Below are positions 9,369 through 18,374 of a stretch of 64,000 bases of DNA, in pieces. The notes beneath the pieces were generated by a model that was not told the DNA's origin, ran no database searches, and saw nothing but the letters and a program-made list of their open reading frames with translations. The position numbers and the translations under genes were made by a program. Origin of the DNA: Burkholderiales bacterium (GTDB lineage Bacteria > Pseudomonadota > Gammaproteobacteria > Burkholderiales > SG8-39); NCBI GenBank assembly GCA_036262835.1, contig DATAID010000104.1, forward strand, positions 19,008-83,007, read 5' to 3'. The stretch's first letter is position 1; the number at the start of each line of letters is the position of its first letter.

Positions 9369-10034
9369 ATGGCGGAACTCGTGCTCGTGCGCCACGCGCA
9401 GGCGTCTTTCGGCAGCGACGACTACGACCGGCTCTCCGAGCTCGGCTGGCGGCAGTCGCGCTGGCTCGGCGAGCATTTCGCCGAGCGAAAGCTCGCCTTC
9501 GACCGCGTCGTGCGCGGCACGCTGAGGCGCCACGTCGAGACGCTCGCGGGCATCGGCGAGGGAATGGGCGTCGCGAACCCCGCCTGCGAGGAGCGTCCCG
9601 GCCTGAACGAATACGACAGCCTTGCGCTGCTGCGCGCGCATACCGGCAAGGAAGTACGCCACCAGCGAGGCGATCAGCGCGAGCACTTCCGCGTGCTGCG
9701 CGAAGCGCTCTATGCCTGGTGCGACGGGTCGCTCGCCTGCGGCGACGAGCTGTCGTTCAAGAACTTCCGCGCAGGCGTGCTGCAGGCGCTCGAAGCGGCG
9801 CGAGCGGGCGGCGCGCGCCGGGTGCTCGTGGTGAGCTCCGGCGGTCCGATCTCGACCATCGTGGCCGAGGTGCTGAAGATGCCAATGCGCGGCGTGGTCG
9901 AGCTCAACCTGCGCGCGCGCAACACGGGCATCAGCGAATTTCACTTCAACGAGCGCGGCATCCACTGCGTGAGCTTCAACGGCGTGCCCCACCTCGACCG
10001 GCCGGACCGGCCGAACGCGATCACCTACGCCTGA
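9369..10034 (+). CDS. Histidine phosphatase family protein (phosphoglycerate mutase-like)
   Basis: The N-terminal LVLVRHAQA motif (an RHG-type catalytic motif) and the length are typical of the family. Confidence 0.8.
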   Translation: MAELVLVRHAQASFGSDDYDRLSELGWRQSRWLGEHFAERKLAFDRVVRGTLRRHVETLAGIGEGMGVANPACEERPGLNEYDSLALLRAHTGKEVRHQRGDQREHFRVLREALYAWCDGSLACGDELSFKNFRAGVLQALEAARAGGARRVLVVSSGGPISTIVAEVLKMPMRGVVELNLRARNTGISEFHFNERGIHCVSFNGVPHLDRPDRPNAITYA

Positions 10035-10037
10035 GCC

Positions 10038-11060
10038 TCAGCCGGCCGGCGCGAAGAGGTGCCGGCCCAGCCACCAGGCGATGCCGGCGACGAACGCAGA
10101 GCACGGGATGGTGAGGATCCAGGCCCAGACCAGGTTCCCCGCCACGCCCCAGCGCACGGCCGAGATCGACTGGGTGGCCCCCACCCCCACGATCGATCCG
10201 GCGATGGTGTGCGTGGTCGAGACCGGGATGCCGAAGGCGGTGGCGATGAAGATGGAGAGCGAGCCGGAGAGCTCGGCGCAGAAGCCGCCCGGCGGCCGGA
10301 TCTTGGTGATGCGCTGGCCCATGGTCTTCACGATGCGCCAGCCGCCGAAGAGCGTGCCCAGGCCGATCGCGATATAGCAGGCGGCTACCACCCAGTAGGG
10401 CGGATGCGTCGCGTCCGCGCCGACGTGGCCGGCGGCGACGAGCAGCATCCAGATGATGCCGACGGTTTTCTGCGCGTCGTTGCCGCCGTGGCCGAGGCTG
10501 TAGAGCGAGGAGGAGAAGAGCTGCAGGCGCCTGAACAGGCGATCCACGCGGCTGGGGGTCGAGCGCCTGAAGATCCAGGAGATGGCGAGAACGAAAATCG
10601 AGGCGAAGACGAAGCCGATCAGCGGCGAGAGGAAGATGAAGGCCACCGTCTTGAGGATCCCTCCCGGGATGAGCGCCCAGGTGCCCGCCTTGGCGACGCT
10701 CGCGCCGACGATGCCGCCGATCAACGCGTGCGAGGAGGACGAGGGAATGCCGTACCACCAGGTGATGATGTTCCAGGCGATGGCGCCGATGAGCGCGCCG
10801 AAAACCACGTAGTGATCGACGATGCCCTGGTCGACGATGCCCTTGCCGACCGTGCTCGCGACGCTGAGATGGAAGACGAAGAGCGCCACGCAGTTGAAGA
10901 AAGCGGCCAGCACCACGGCCTGGTGCGGCTTCAGCACGCCGGTCGAGACGACGGTCGCGATCGAGTTGGCCGCGTCGTGGAAGCCGTTCATGAAGTCGAA
11001 CGCGAGCGCCACCAGCACCAGCGTGACCACGATCCACAGCGCGAGCGGCGCGCTCTCCAT
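10038..11060 (-). CDS. pit: Inorganic phosphate transporter, PiT family
   Basis: Internal start MESAPLALWIV. The PiT signature FDFMNGFHDAANSIAT appears at the N-terminus and a second GGNDAQK signature follows. The protein is polytopic. The track ORF 10038..11333 is over-extended. Confidence 0.9.
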   Translation of the reverse strand: MESAPLALWIVVTLVLVALAFDFMNGFHDAANSIATVVSTGVLKPHQAVVLAAFFNCVALFVFHLSVASTVGKGIVDQGIVDHYVVFGALIGAIAWNIITWWYGIPSSSSHALIGGIVGASVAKAGTWALIPGGILKTVAFIFLSPLIGFVFASIFVLAISWIFRRSTPSRVDRLFRRLQLFSSSLYSLGHGGNDAQKTVGIIWMLLVAAGHVGADATHPPYWVVAACYIAIGLGTLFGGWRIVKTMGQRITKIRPPGGFCAELSGSLSIFIATAFGIPVSTTHTIAGSIVGVGATQSISAVRWGVAGNLVWAWILTIPCSAFVAGIAWWLGRHLFAPAG

Positions 11061-11065
11061 GCCGC

Positions 11066-11692
11066 TCAGGAGTTTTCCAGCACGATGCCTTCGATCACGT
11101 TGGCGACGTCCTCGCAGCGGTCGGTGATGGTCTCGAGAAGGTCGTAGATCGCGCGCAGCTTGATCACCTGCTTCACGTCGGACTCGTCGCGAAAGAGCTT
11201 GGACATCGCCGAGCGCATGACGCGGTCGGCGTCCGATTCGAGGCGGTCGATCTCCTGGCAGGTCTTCAGGATCGCGTCGGCGTCCTTGACGTTCTTCAGC
11301 AGCGACACGGCGCTGCGCACCCGCTCGCAGCACATCTGGCAGATCTCGGCGAGCTGCTTCGATTCGGGCGTGATGGCGCGGATGTCGTAGAGCACGATCG
11401 ACTCGGCCACGTCCTGCATGAGGTCGAGGATGTCGTCCATCGCCGTGATGAGCGTGTGGATCTGGTCGCGGTCGAAGGGCGTGACGAAGGTCTTGTGAAG
11501 GAGGGTGATCGTCTCGTGCGTGATCTTGTCGGCGGCGCGCTCGGCGCCGTCGATGTGCTGCGCGTGCATCTCGAGCTCGCTGAACGAGTTGATCATGACC
11601 GCGAGCTCGCGGCTGCCCTCGACGATGCGCTCCGCGTGCGCGTTGAACAGCTCGAAGAACCGCCCTTCCTGGGGCATCAAGCGACCGAGCAT
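11066..11692 (-). CDS. DUF47 / PhoU-like Pit accessory protein
   Basis: Start MLGRLMPQEGRFFELFNAHAE, preceded by GGAGGAAG. It lies immediately upstream of the PiT gene, which is the conserved DUF47-PiT pairing. Confidence 0.85.
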   Translation of the reverse strand: MLGRLMPQEGRFFELFNAHAERIVEGSRELAVMINSFSELEMHAQHIDGAERAADKITHETITLLHKTFVTPFDRDQIHTLITAMDDILDLMQDVAESIVLYDIRAITPESKQLAEICQMCCERVRSAVSLLKNVKDADAILKTCQEIDRLESDADRVMRSAMSKLFRDESDVKQVIKLRAIYDLLETITDRCEDVANVIEGIVLENS

Positions 11693-11726
11693 GGCTTCCT
11701 CCGCAGCGGCGGATTGTAATGTTTCT

Positions 11727-11744
11727 GGCCGAAGTGTTTCGGCC
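11727..11744 (-). terminator. Hairpin abutting the CoA-transferase stop (possible weak terminator or mRNA stabiliser)
   Basis: GGCCGAA-GTGT-TTCGGCC forms a perfect 7-bp stem with a tetraloop. There is no U-run on the minus strand. Confidence 0.3.
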
Positions 11745-11745
11745 T

Positions 11746-12894
11746 TTATTCCCGGAACTGCAATCCCAGGGATGTCAGCCTGTCGATGTCGGCCTGCGTG
11801 AAGCTCCACTCTTTGAGCGCCTGCGCGCCGCCTTCGCCCCGCTCGGGCGGCGCGCGCCGCACCTTGGCGGGCGTACGCGAGAAGCGCGGAGCGGGGGCGG
11901 GCTGCTCGACCCCGGCGACGGAGATGAAGTTCTTCCGCGCGACATTATGCGCGTGCCCGCGCGCTTCGCTGAAGCTGAGCACGGGCGCGAAGCACGCGTC
12001 CGATCCCTCGAACACGGCGCACCATTCGTCGCGCGTCTTCGACTTGAAGAGGGCCGTGAAGCGCTCGCGCAGCTTCGGCCAGCCCTTGCGGTCGTTCTGC
12101 GCGGGCAGGCTCTCGTCCTCCAGGCCGAGCCTTCTCAGCAGGTCCTCGTAGAACTTGGCTTCGATCGAGCCGATGGAGACGTGCCGTCCGTCCTTCGTCT
12201 CGTAGACGTCGTACCAGGGCGCCCCGGAATCGAGGATGTTGGCGCCGCGCTCCTCGGTCCAGCGCTTGGCGTGCAGGAAGCCGGAGAACATCGCCGCCAG
12301 CAGGGAAGCGCCTTCCGTCATCGCCGCGTCCACGACCTGGCCCTTGCCCGAGGCGCGCGCCTCGATGAGCGCGCACGCAATGCCGAAGCCGAGCAGCATG
12401 CCGCCCCCGCCGAAGTCGCCGACGAGGTTGAGCGGCATCACCGGCGCCTCGCCCTTGCGCCCGAAGGCGTTCAGCACGCCGGCGAGCGCGATGTAGTTGA
12501 TGTCGTGGCCGGCGCGCGCGGCGAGCGGTCCGTCCTGGCCCCAGCCGGTCATGCGGCCGTAGACGAGCTTCGGGTTGCGCGCGAGCAGGACTTCTGGCCC
12601 GAGGCCGAGGCGCTCCATGACGCCGGGTCGAAAGCCCTCGATCAAGGCGTCCGATTTTTGTACCAGGGCGGAAACGGCTTCCGCCGCGGTGGGGGCCTTG
12701 AGATCGAGCGTGACGGAGCGCTTGCCGCGCATCATCACGTCCATCCAGCGCTCGCGCTTCAAGCCGAGGTCCGAGGTCGACGCGCGGTCGACCAGGATGA
12801 CATCGGCGCCCATGTCGGCGAGCAGCATCCCGGCGAAGGGCCCGGGGCCGATCGCTTCGAACTCGAGAACCCGGATGCCGGCGAGAGGACCCAA
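11746..12894 (-). CDS. Family III CoA-transferase, alpha-methylacyl-CoA racemase-like
   Basis: The N-terminus MGPLAGIRVLEFEAIGPGPFAGMLLADMGADVILVDR closely resembles CaiB/BaiF/AMACR (Mcr) N-termini. Confidence 0.85.
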   Translation of the reverse strand: MGPLAGIRVLEFEAIGPGPFAGMLLADMGADVILVDRASTSDLGLKRERWMDVMMRGKRSVTLDLKAPTAAEAVSALVQKSDALIEGFRPGVMERLGLGPEVLLARNPKLVYGRMTGWGQDGPLAARAGHDINYIALAGVLNAFGRKGEAPVMPLNLVGDFGGGGMLLGFGIACALIEARASGKGQVVDAAMTEGASLLAAMFSGFLHAKRWTEERGANILDSGAPWYDVYETKDGRHVSIGSIEAKFYEDLLRRLGLEDESLPAQNDRKGWPKLRERFTALFKSKTRDEWCAVFEGSDACFAPVLSFSEARGHAHNVARKNFISVAGVEQPAPAPRFSRTPAKVRRAPPERGEGGAQALKEWSFTQADIDRLTSLGLQFRE

Positions 12895-12931
12895 GGCCCC
12901 TCAGCTCAAGCCCATGGCTTCGGGTATGACC

Positions 12932-13753
12932 TCAGGCCATCCCCAAGGCGGCCTCGACGTCGCGGATCATCGAGACCAGCCGCGGTCCGATGTCGTCATC
13001 GAGCTGGCCCTTCTTCAGCATGAAAGCGGGCACGGTGCAGTTGAAGGTGACGATTTCGCCGTCAACCGTGCGCCGCATCGGCGCGCCGGCCGCATGCACC
13101 TCGCGGCGGATCTCGCCCTGCGAAGTGCAGAAGCCGCGCGAGCGGATGTCCTCGATCGACTTGTCGATCTGCGGTTTGTACTTTTTCAGGAGCTCGGGCT
13201 CCTTCACCTTCATCTGGTTGAGCAGCGCCTCGCGCTCGGGCGGGGTGCAGGCATACAGGAACGCGCGCCCGATGACCGATTGGGCGATCGGCACCGAGGT
13301 GCCAATGTCGGGAAGCGAGGTGAGGCTGCCGCTGCGGCAGGTCTCGACGTAGACCACGCTCAGCCGGTCGCGCATGCCGAGCGAGACCGAGCCGTTCGCG
13401 TAGTCGGCGAGCTCCTTCATAAAGGGCCGCGCGATCTGGCGTATGCTCATCGAGGCGAGCAGCGGGTAGCCGATCGACAGCACCGCCGAGCCGAGCTGGT
13501 ACTTGCCCAGGCGCATGTTGTGGCGCAGATACCCCAGCTTGGTCAGCGTGTACGTGAGCCGCGACACCGTGGGCTTGGGGAGGCCGGTACGCACCGAGAT
13601 TTCCTTGTTGCCGAGCATCGGCTCGGGGGGCGTGAAGCAGCGCAGCACTTCGAGCCCGCGCGCGAGCGTGGTCGCGAATTGCCGGTCGCCCTCGTGCTCG
13701 TAGCTGTGCGGCGGGGGAGGGGAAAGCGTGGCACCGGGTTCGGACGCGCCCAT
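12932..13753 (-). CDS. IclR-family transcriptional regulator
   Basis: The HTH region NKEISVRTGLPKPTVSRLTYTLTKLGYL is followed by an IclR effector domain. The start chosen is MGASEPG (13753), preceded by GGAG. ATG 13807 is an alternative. Confidence 0.85.
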   Translation of the reverse strand: MGASEPGATLSPPPPHSYEHEGDRQFATTLARGLEVLRCFTPPEPMLGNKEISVRTGLPKPTVSRLTYTLTKLGYLRHNMRLGKYQLGSAVLSIGYPLLASMSIRQIARPFMKELADYANGSVSLGMRDRLSVVYVETCRSGSLTSLPDIGTSVPIAQSVIGRAFLYACTPPEREALLNQMKVKEPELLKKYKPQIDKSIEDIRSRGFCTSQGEIRREVHAAGAPMRRTVDGEIVTFNCTVPAFMLKKGQLDDDIGPRLVSMIRDVEAALGMA

Positions 13754-13789
13754 GACAATCTCCGGGAGTGGAAGGAAGCTGCTGTTTCG

Positions 13790-13818
13790 ATATTCTGTCC
13801 GCCGCACTCGCGTGTCAA
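13790..13818 (-). promoter_or_regulatory. Candidate sigma-70 promoter for the IclR gene
   Basis: The minus strand reads TTGACA, a 17-nt spacer, then GAATAT. This sits about 35 nt upstream of the ATG at 13753. The -35 box is perfect and the -10 box matches 3/6. Confidence 0.3.
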
Positions 13819-13853
13819 CTTAGTCGTATCAAATTTCACATAGCGAAACCTCG

Positions 13854-14621
13854 ATGAATAAGTCCTTGTTTGATCTCAGTGGCAAAGTGGCGCTGATCAC
13901 CGGCTCGACGCGCGGCATCGGCAAGTCGATGGCCGAAGAGCTCGCGCACGCCGGCGCCAAAGTCGTCGTGTCGAGCCGCAAGGCGGAGGCCTGCGAGGCG
14001 GTGCGCGCCGAATTCGAAAAGCAGGGCTACGAGGTGCTCGCGCGCCCCTGCAACGTGTCGCGCAAGGAAGAGCTGCAGGCGCTCGTCGACGCGACAATGG
14101 CGAAGTGGGGCAGGATCGACGTGGCGATCGCGAACGCCGCCTCCAACCCCTATTACGGCCCGCTCACGCAGATTCCCGATGACGCCTTCGACAAGGTCTA
14201 CCTGAACAACGTGAAGAGCGTGCTCTGGCTCGCCGCTTGCACCCTGCCGGGGATGGCCGAGCGCGGCGGGGGCAGCTTCATCAGCGTGGGCTCGATCGGC
14301 GGCATCAAGGCGAATACCGTCATCGGCGCCTACGGCATCTCCAAGGCGGCCGACCACCATCTCGTGCGCAATCTCGCCGCCGAGTGGGGGCCCAAGAACG
14401 TGCGCGTGAACGCCATCGCGCCGGGGCTCATCAAGACCGAGTTCGCACGCGCGCTGTGGGAGGACGAAAAGCGCCGGAAGGAGCGCGAGGCGCTCACCCC
14501 GCTCAGGCGCCTCGGCGTGCCGCGCGACATCGGCGGCATCGCGGTGTTTCTCGCTTCCGACGCGGCCGCCTTCGTGACCGGCCAGACGATCGTCGCCGAC
14601 GGCGGCGTGACCGTCGTCTAG
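13854..14621 (+). CDS. Short-chain dehydrogenase/reductase (3-oxoacyl reductase-like)
   Basis: GKVALITGSTRGIGKS motif, NAA motif, and a YGISKAA catalytic Y-x3-K. Confidence 0.9.
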   Translation: MNKSLFDLSGKVALITGSTRGIGKSMAEELAHAGAKVVVSSRKAEACEAVRAEFEKQGYEVLARPCNVSRKEELQALVDATMAKWGRIDVAIANAASNPYYGPLTQIPDDAFDKVYLNNVKSVLWLAACTLPGMAERGGGSFISVGSIGGIKANTVIGAYGISKAADHHLVRNLAAEWGPKNVRVNAIAPGLIKTEFARALWEDEKRRKEREALTPLRRLGVPRDIGGIAVFLASDAAAFVTGQTIVADGGVTVV

Positions 14622-14679
14622 GCGATTGACGCGCCTCGAATCGATTCTCTACAGTAGCGAACACTCCGAGGGAGGGAGC

Positions 14680-14895
14680 ATGGCCGAGGCGAAAATCCTC
14701 CGTGTGCGCGTTGACGCCGGGCGCTGCCAGGGTCACAACCGGTGCTGCGCGCTCGCGCCGGAGCTTTTCGAGGCGGACGAGCTCGGCAACGCGAAAGTGA
14801 AGGGCGAGGGCAAGGTGTCGCCGGAGCTGGAGACGAAGGCGCGCCTCGCGGTCGCCAACTGTCCCGAGCACGCGGTGAGGATCTCCCATGACTAA
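14680..14895 (+). CDS. [3Fe-4S]-type ferredoxin (P450 redox partner)
   Basis: Start MAEAKILRV, preceded by GGAGGGAG. Cluster motif CQGHNRC...CP (CxxHxxC...CP). It overlaps the P450 start by 8 nt. Confidence 0.8.
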   Translation: MAEAKILRVRVDAGRCQGHNRCCALAPELFEADELGNAKVKGEGKVSPELETKARLAVANCPEHAVRISHD

Positions 14896-16078
14896 GCATC
14901 CGCCGGTCAACGACTGGGGCACGGACTTCGATCATCGCGATTCGCGCTGGATCGAGGATCCGTTTCCGATCTGGGCCGACCTGCGCGGGCGCTGTCCGGT
15001 GGCGCACTCCAAGCGCTTCGAGGACGGTGCGTACTTTGCCTCCCGCTACGCGGACGTGCGCGAGATTGCCTACGACAGCGAGCATTTCTCCTCGCGCCGC
15101 GTCATCGTGCGCGAGAAGAAGATCCCGACGCAGCCGGCGCCGCCGATCACCTCCGATCCGCCCGAGCACACGCCGGCGCGCAAGATCCTGCTGCCGCCGT
15201 TCACGCCGCAGGCGATCGCGAAGATCGAGCCGCACACCCGCGCCATCTGCCGCGAGCTGCTCGACGCGATCGAGGCCAAGGGCAGCGCCTGCGACGCCGC
15301 GGTCGACTACGCGCAGCACATCCCGGTGCGCGTGATCGCGCACATGCTCGGCGTACCCGAGGACGATGGCGACAAGTTCCGCGAGTGGATCCACCTCATT
15401 CTCGAGGTCGGCATCAGCGACGAGTCGGTCATCATGCCGGCGCTCAGCGAGATGAGCATGTACTTCGGCGCGGAAATCCAGAAGCGCGCCGCCAACCCGG
15501 GCGATGACCTGATCAGCTTCCTCATGAAGGCGCGCATCGACGGCCAGCCGCTTACGCCGCCGCACATCATCGGCTCGCTTCGGCTCCTCCTGATCGCGGG
15601 CATCGACACGACCTGGAGCGCGATCGGCGCGAGCCTCTGGCATCTCGCCACGCATGCCGAGGACCGGCGCCGCCTCGCCGCGGACGACGCGCTCATGCCC
15701 ACGGCCATCGAGGAGTTCCTGCGCGCCTATGCGCCGGTGACGATGGCGCGCGAAGTGGTGAAGGAAACGACCGTCGGCGGCTGCACTTTCCGGGAGAAGG
15801 GGCAGGTGCTGCTCTCATTCCCGGCGGCCAACCGCGATCCGGAGATGTTTCCGGACGCCGATCGCGTCCTGATCGACCGCGCCGAGAACCGCCATGCCGC
15901 GTTCGGCCTCGGCCGCCACCGGTGCCTCGGCTCGAACCTCGCGCGCATGGAGATGCAGGTCGCGATCAGCGAGTGGCTCGCGCGCTTCCCCGAATTCCGC
16001 CTCGCCGAGGGTGCGCGAGTGACCTGGTCCGAGGGCACGGTGCGGGGCCCGCGTCGCTTGCCGGTGATGCTGGGCTGA
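14888..16078 (+). CDS. Cytochrome P450
   Basis: Heme-thiolate loop FGLGRHRCLG (FxxGxxxCxG), an ExxR motif (EEFLR) and I-helix AGIDTT. Confidence 0.9.
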   Translation: MTKHPPVNDWGTDFDHRDSRWIEDPFPIWADLRGRCPVAHSKRFEDGAYFASRYADVREIAYDSEHFSSRRVIVREKKIPTQPAPPITSDPPEHTPARKILLPPFTPQAIAKIEPHTRAICRELLDAIEAKGSACDAAVDYAQHIPVRVIAHMLGVPEDDGDKFREWIHLILEVGISDESVIMPALSEMSMYFGAEIQKRAANPGDDLISFLMKARIDGQPLTPPHIIGSLRLLLIAGIDTTWSAIGASLWHLATHAEDRRRLAADDALMPTAIEEFLRAYAPVTMAREVVKETTVGGCTFREKGQVLLSFPAANRDPEMFPDADRVLIDRAENRHAAFGLGRHRCLGSNLARMEMQVAISEWLARFPEFRLAEGARVTWSEGTVRGPRRLPVMLG

Positions 16079-16082
16079 TCGG

Positions 16083-17033
16083 ATGAAAAAACTCCTTGCC
16101 GCAGCGCTGATCGCACCCTGTCTCGCCCTTGCGCAGGGCTATCCGTCAAAGCCGGTGCGCGTGATCGTTCCCTATCCAGCGGGGGGCATCGTCGACCTGA
16201 TGGCGCGCGCGGTGACCGACGGTTTGGCCGCGCGCCTCGGCCAGCCGGTGATCGTGGAAGCGAAGCCCGGGGCCGACGCGAGCATCGGCACCGATGCGGT
16301 CGCGAAAGCGGAGCCCGATGGGCACACGCTGCTGCTCGCCACTCTCGCGCTCGCGGTCAACCCGCACTTGAGCAAGGTGCCTTGGCATCCGGTGAACGAT
16401 TTCGAGGGGGTTGCGCACGTCGGCGTGGTGGCGAACATCGCCGCGGTGACTCCATCGCTCGGCGTGAAGGACCTGAAATCCTTCGTGGCGCTCGCGAAAT
16501 CGCGCCCCGGGCAGATCAACTACATGAACCCGGGCAACGGGGCCTCCCAGCACGTGAGCGCCGAGCTGCTGCAGCAGGTGAACGACATCCGGCTTACGGC
16601 AATTCCCTACAAGGGCGTGCCGCCGGCGATCCCGGATTTTCTCGCCGGCACCGTGCCCTTCGGCTTCTTCCCGTTCGCCGTCATCGCGCCGCACATCCGC
16701 TCCGGCAAAGCGCAGGCCATCGCGATCGCCTCGCCCGTGCGCCACAAGCAGTTTCCCGATCTTCCGACCATGGCGGAGCAGGGCTTCGAGAGCTCGCAGG
16801 TGAACTCCTTCTACGCGTTCGTCGCGCCGAAAAGGACGCCACGCGCCGTGATCGAGCGCCTGAACAAGGAAATCAACGCGGTGCTCGCGAGCGAGGAGGC
16901 GATCGCCAAGGTCGACAAGTTTGGCGGCACGGTGATCGCCGGCTGGACGCCCCAGCGGACCACGAAGCTGATCGCCGATGAATACGCGCGCTGGGCGGAC
17001 GTGGTGCGCAAGGCGGGGCTGGAAGCGAAGTAA
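16083..17033 (+). CDS. Bug-family (TctC-like) tripartite tricarboxylate transporter substrate-binding protein
   Basis: Signal peptide followed by YPSKPVRVIVPYPAGG and the PYKG motif characteristic of Bug/TctC proteins. No tctA or tctB is nearby. Confidence 0.9.
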   Translation: MKKLLAAALIAPCLALAQGYPSKPVRVIVPYPAGGIVDLMARAVTDGLAARLGQPVIVEAKPGADASIGTDAVAKAEPDGHTLLLATLALAVNPHLSKVPWHPVNDFEGVAHVGVVANIAAVTPSLGVKDLKSFVALAKSRPGQINYMNPGNGASQHVSAELLQQVNDIRLTAIPYKGVPPAIPDFLAGTVPFGFFPFAVIAPHIRSGKAQAIAIASPVRHKQFPDLPTMAEQGFESSQVNSFYAFVAPKRTPRAVIERLNKEINAVLASEEAIAKVDKFGGTVIAGWTPQRTTKLIADEYARWADVVRKAGLEAK

Positions 17034-17037
17034 TTCC

Positions 17038-18306
17038 GTGTCGGAACTGCTCAAGCGCACGGACCGCCTCTGGAGCGGGCAGGCGAGCACGGCCGAGCCC
17101 GACTACCATCCCTTCGGCGGGCCGCGGTTGCTGGAAGAGCTCGCGCCCGGCATCGCCTTCTACAAGGCGTTCGTCAACGTCACGGCGGTGCAAACGGGCG
17201 AGGGGCTCGTGCTCGTCGATACCGGCTCCTACCATCCAAAATCGCACAAGCTCTCGTTCGATGCGGTGCGCGCCTGGAAGGGCGAGCGCGTGCACGCCGC
17301 CGTCTACACGCATGGCCACGTCGACCACGCCTACGGCTTGCCGCCTTTCCTTGAGGAAGCGAAGACGCGCGGCTGGCAGGCGCCGCGCATCGTCGGCCAC
17401 GTGAACGTGCTGCCGCGCATGCAGCGCTACGTCGAGACCGCGGGCTACAACTCGGTCATCAACGCGCGGCAATTCGCCGTGCCGACCGAATGGCCGGTCC
17501 GGTTCCAGGCGCCGACGGAAACCTACGCGGACCGGCTCGAGCTCGAGATCGGCGGCACGCGCTTCGAGCTGCACCACGCGAAGGGCGAAACCGACGATCA
17601 CACCTGGGTGTGGATGCCGCAGACCAAGACGCTCTGCACCGGAGATCTTTTCATCTGGGCGGCGCCGAACGCCGGCAATCCCCAGAAGGTGCAGCGCTAT
17701 GCGCTCGAGTGGGCGCGGGCCCTGCGCGAGATGGCGGCGCTGGGGCCCGAATTGCTCCTTCCCGGCCACGGCCTGCCGATCGCCGGCGCGGCTCGCGTGC
17801 GCGAAGCCCTCACCGACACGGCAGCCTATCTCGAGTCGCTCGTGCGCCAGACCCTCGAGCGGCTGAATGCGGGCGAGACCGTCTATCAGATTCTCGATGC
17901 GGTGCGGCCGCCGGCCGAGCTGGAAGCAAAGCCCTACCTGCGGCCCGTCTACGACGAGCCGCAATTCATCGTGCGCAACCTCTGGCGCTGCTACGGCGGC
18001 TGGTATAGCGGCGTGCCGAGCGAGCTCAAGCCCGCGCCCCGCGCGGCGCTCGCAGCAGAGGTGGTCTCGCTCGCGGGCGGGCTGGACAAGCTCCTCGAGC
18101 GCGCCCGGTCGCTGCACCAGGCGGGCGACGCCCGGCTCGCGGCGCACCTGGTCGACTGGGCGGTCGAGGCCGAGCCGGGCAGCCGCGAGGCGCATGCATT
18201 GCGGGCCGCGGTCTACCGGGCCCTGGTGGAATCCTCGAGCTCCACCATGTCCAAGGGAATTTACGGGGCTGCGGCGCGCGAATCCGGCCAGTGGCGCGAC
18301 GTTTGA
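17038..18306 (+). CDS. MBL-fold metallo-hydrolase, alkyl/aryl-sulfatase-like (lacks a C-terminal SCP2-type domain)
   Basis: THGHVDHAYG (HxHxDH) MBL motif. The following region resembles an alkyl-sulfatase dimerisation domain (YLRPVYDEPQFIVRNLWRCYGGWY). A GTG start at 17038 is inferred. Confidence 0.7.
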   Translation: MSELLKRTDRLWSGQASTAEPDYHPFGGPRLLEELAPGIAFYKAFVNVTAVQTGEGLVLVDTGSYHPKSHKLSFDAVRAWKGERVHAAVYTHGHVDHAYGLPPFLEEAKTRGWQAPRIVGHVNVLPRMQRYVETAGYNSVINARQFAVPTEWPVRFQAPTETYADRLELEIGGTRFELHHAKGETDDHTWVWMPQTKTLCTGDLFIWAAPNAGNPQKVQRYALEWARALREMAALGPELLLPGHGLPIAGAARVREALTDTAAYLESLVRQTLERLNAGETVYQILDAVRPPAELEAKPYLRPVYDEPQFIVRNLWRCYGGWYSGVPSELKPAPRAALAAEVVSLAGGLDKLLERARSLHQAGDARLAAHLVDWAVEAEPGSREAHALRAAVYRALVESSSSTMSKGIYGAAARESGQWRDV

Positions 18307-18319
18307 AACGCGCAGGCCC

Positions 18320-18371
18320 GGAAGCCCTCCGGGCAACGCGGTAGCAGTACACTTTCGGCTTCCCCGGAGGG
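18320..18371 (+). promoter_or_regulatory. 5' UTR RNA structure able to sequester the Shine-Dalgarno of the acyl-CoA dehydrogenase operon
   Basis: CCCTCCGGG (18325-18333) is the perfect complement of CCCGGAGGG (18363-18371), which contains the SD. GGAAGCC (18320-18326) is the complement of GGCTTCC (18357-18363). A local alternative hairpin CCCGGA/TCCGGG is also possible. Confidence 0.3.
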
Positions 18372-18374
18372 ATC

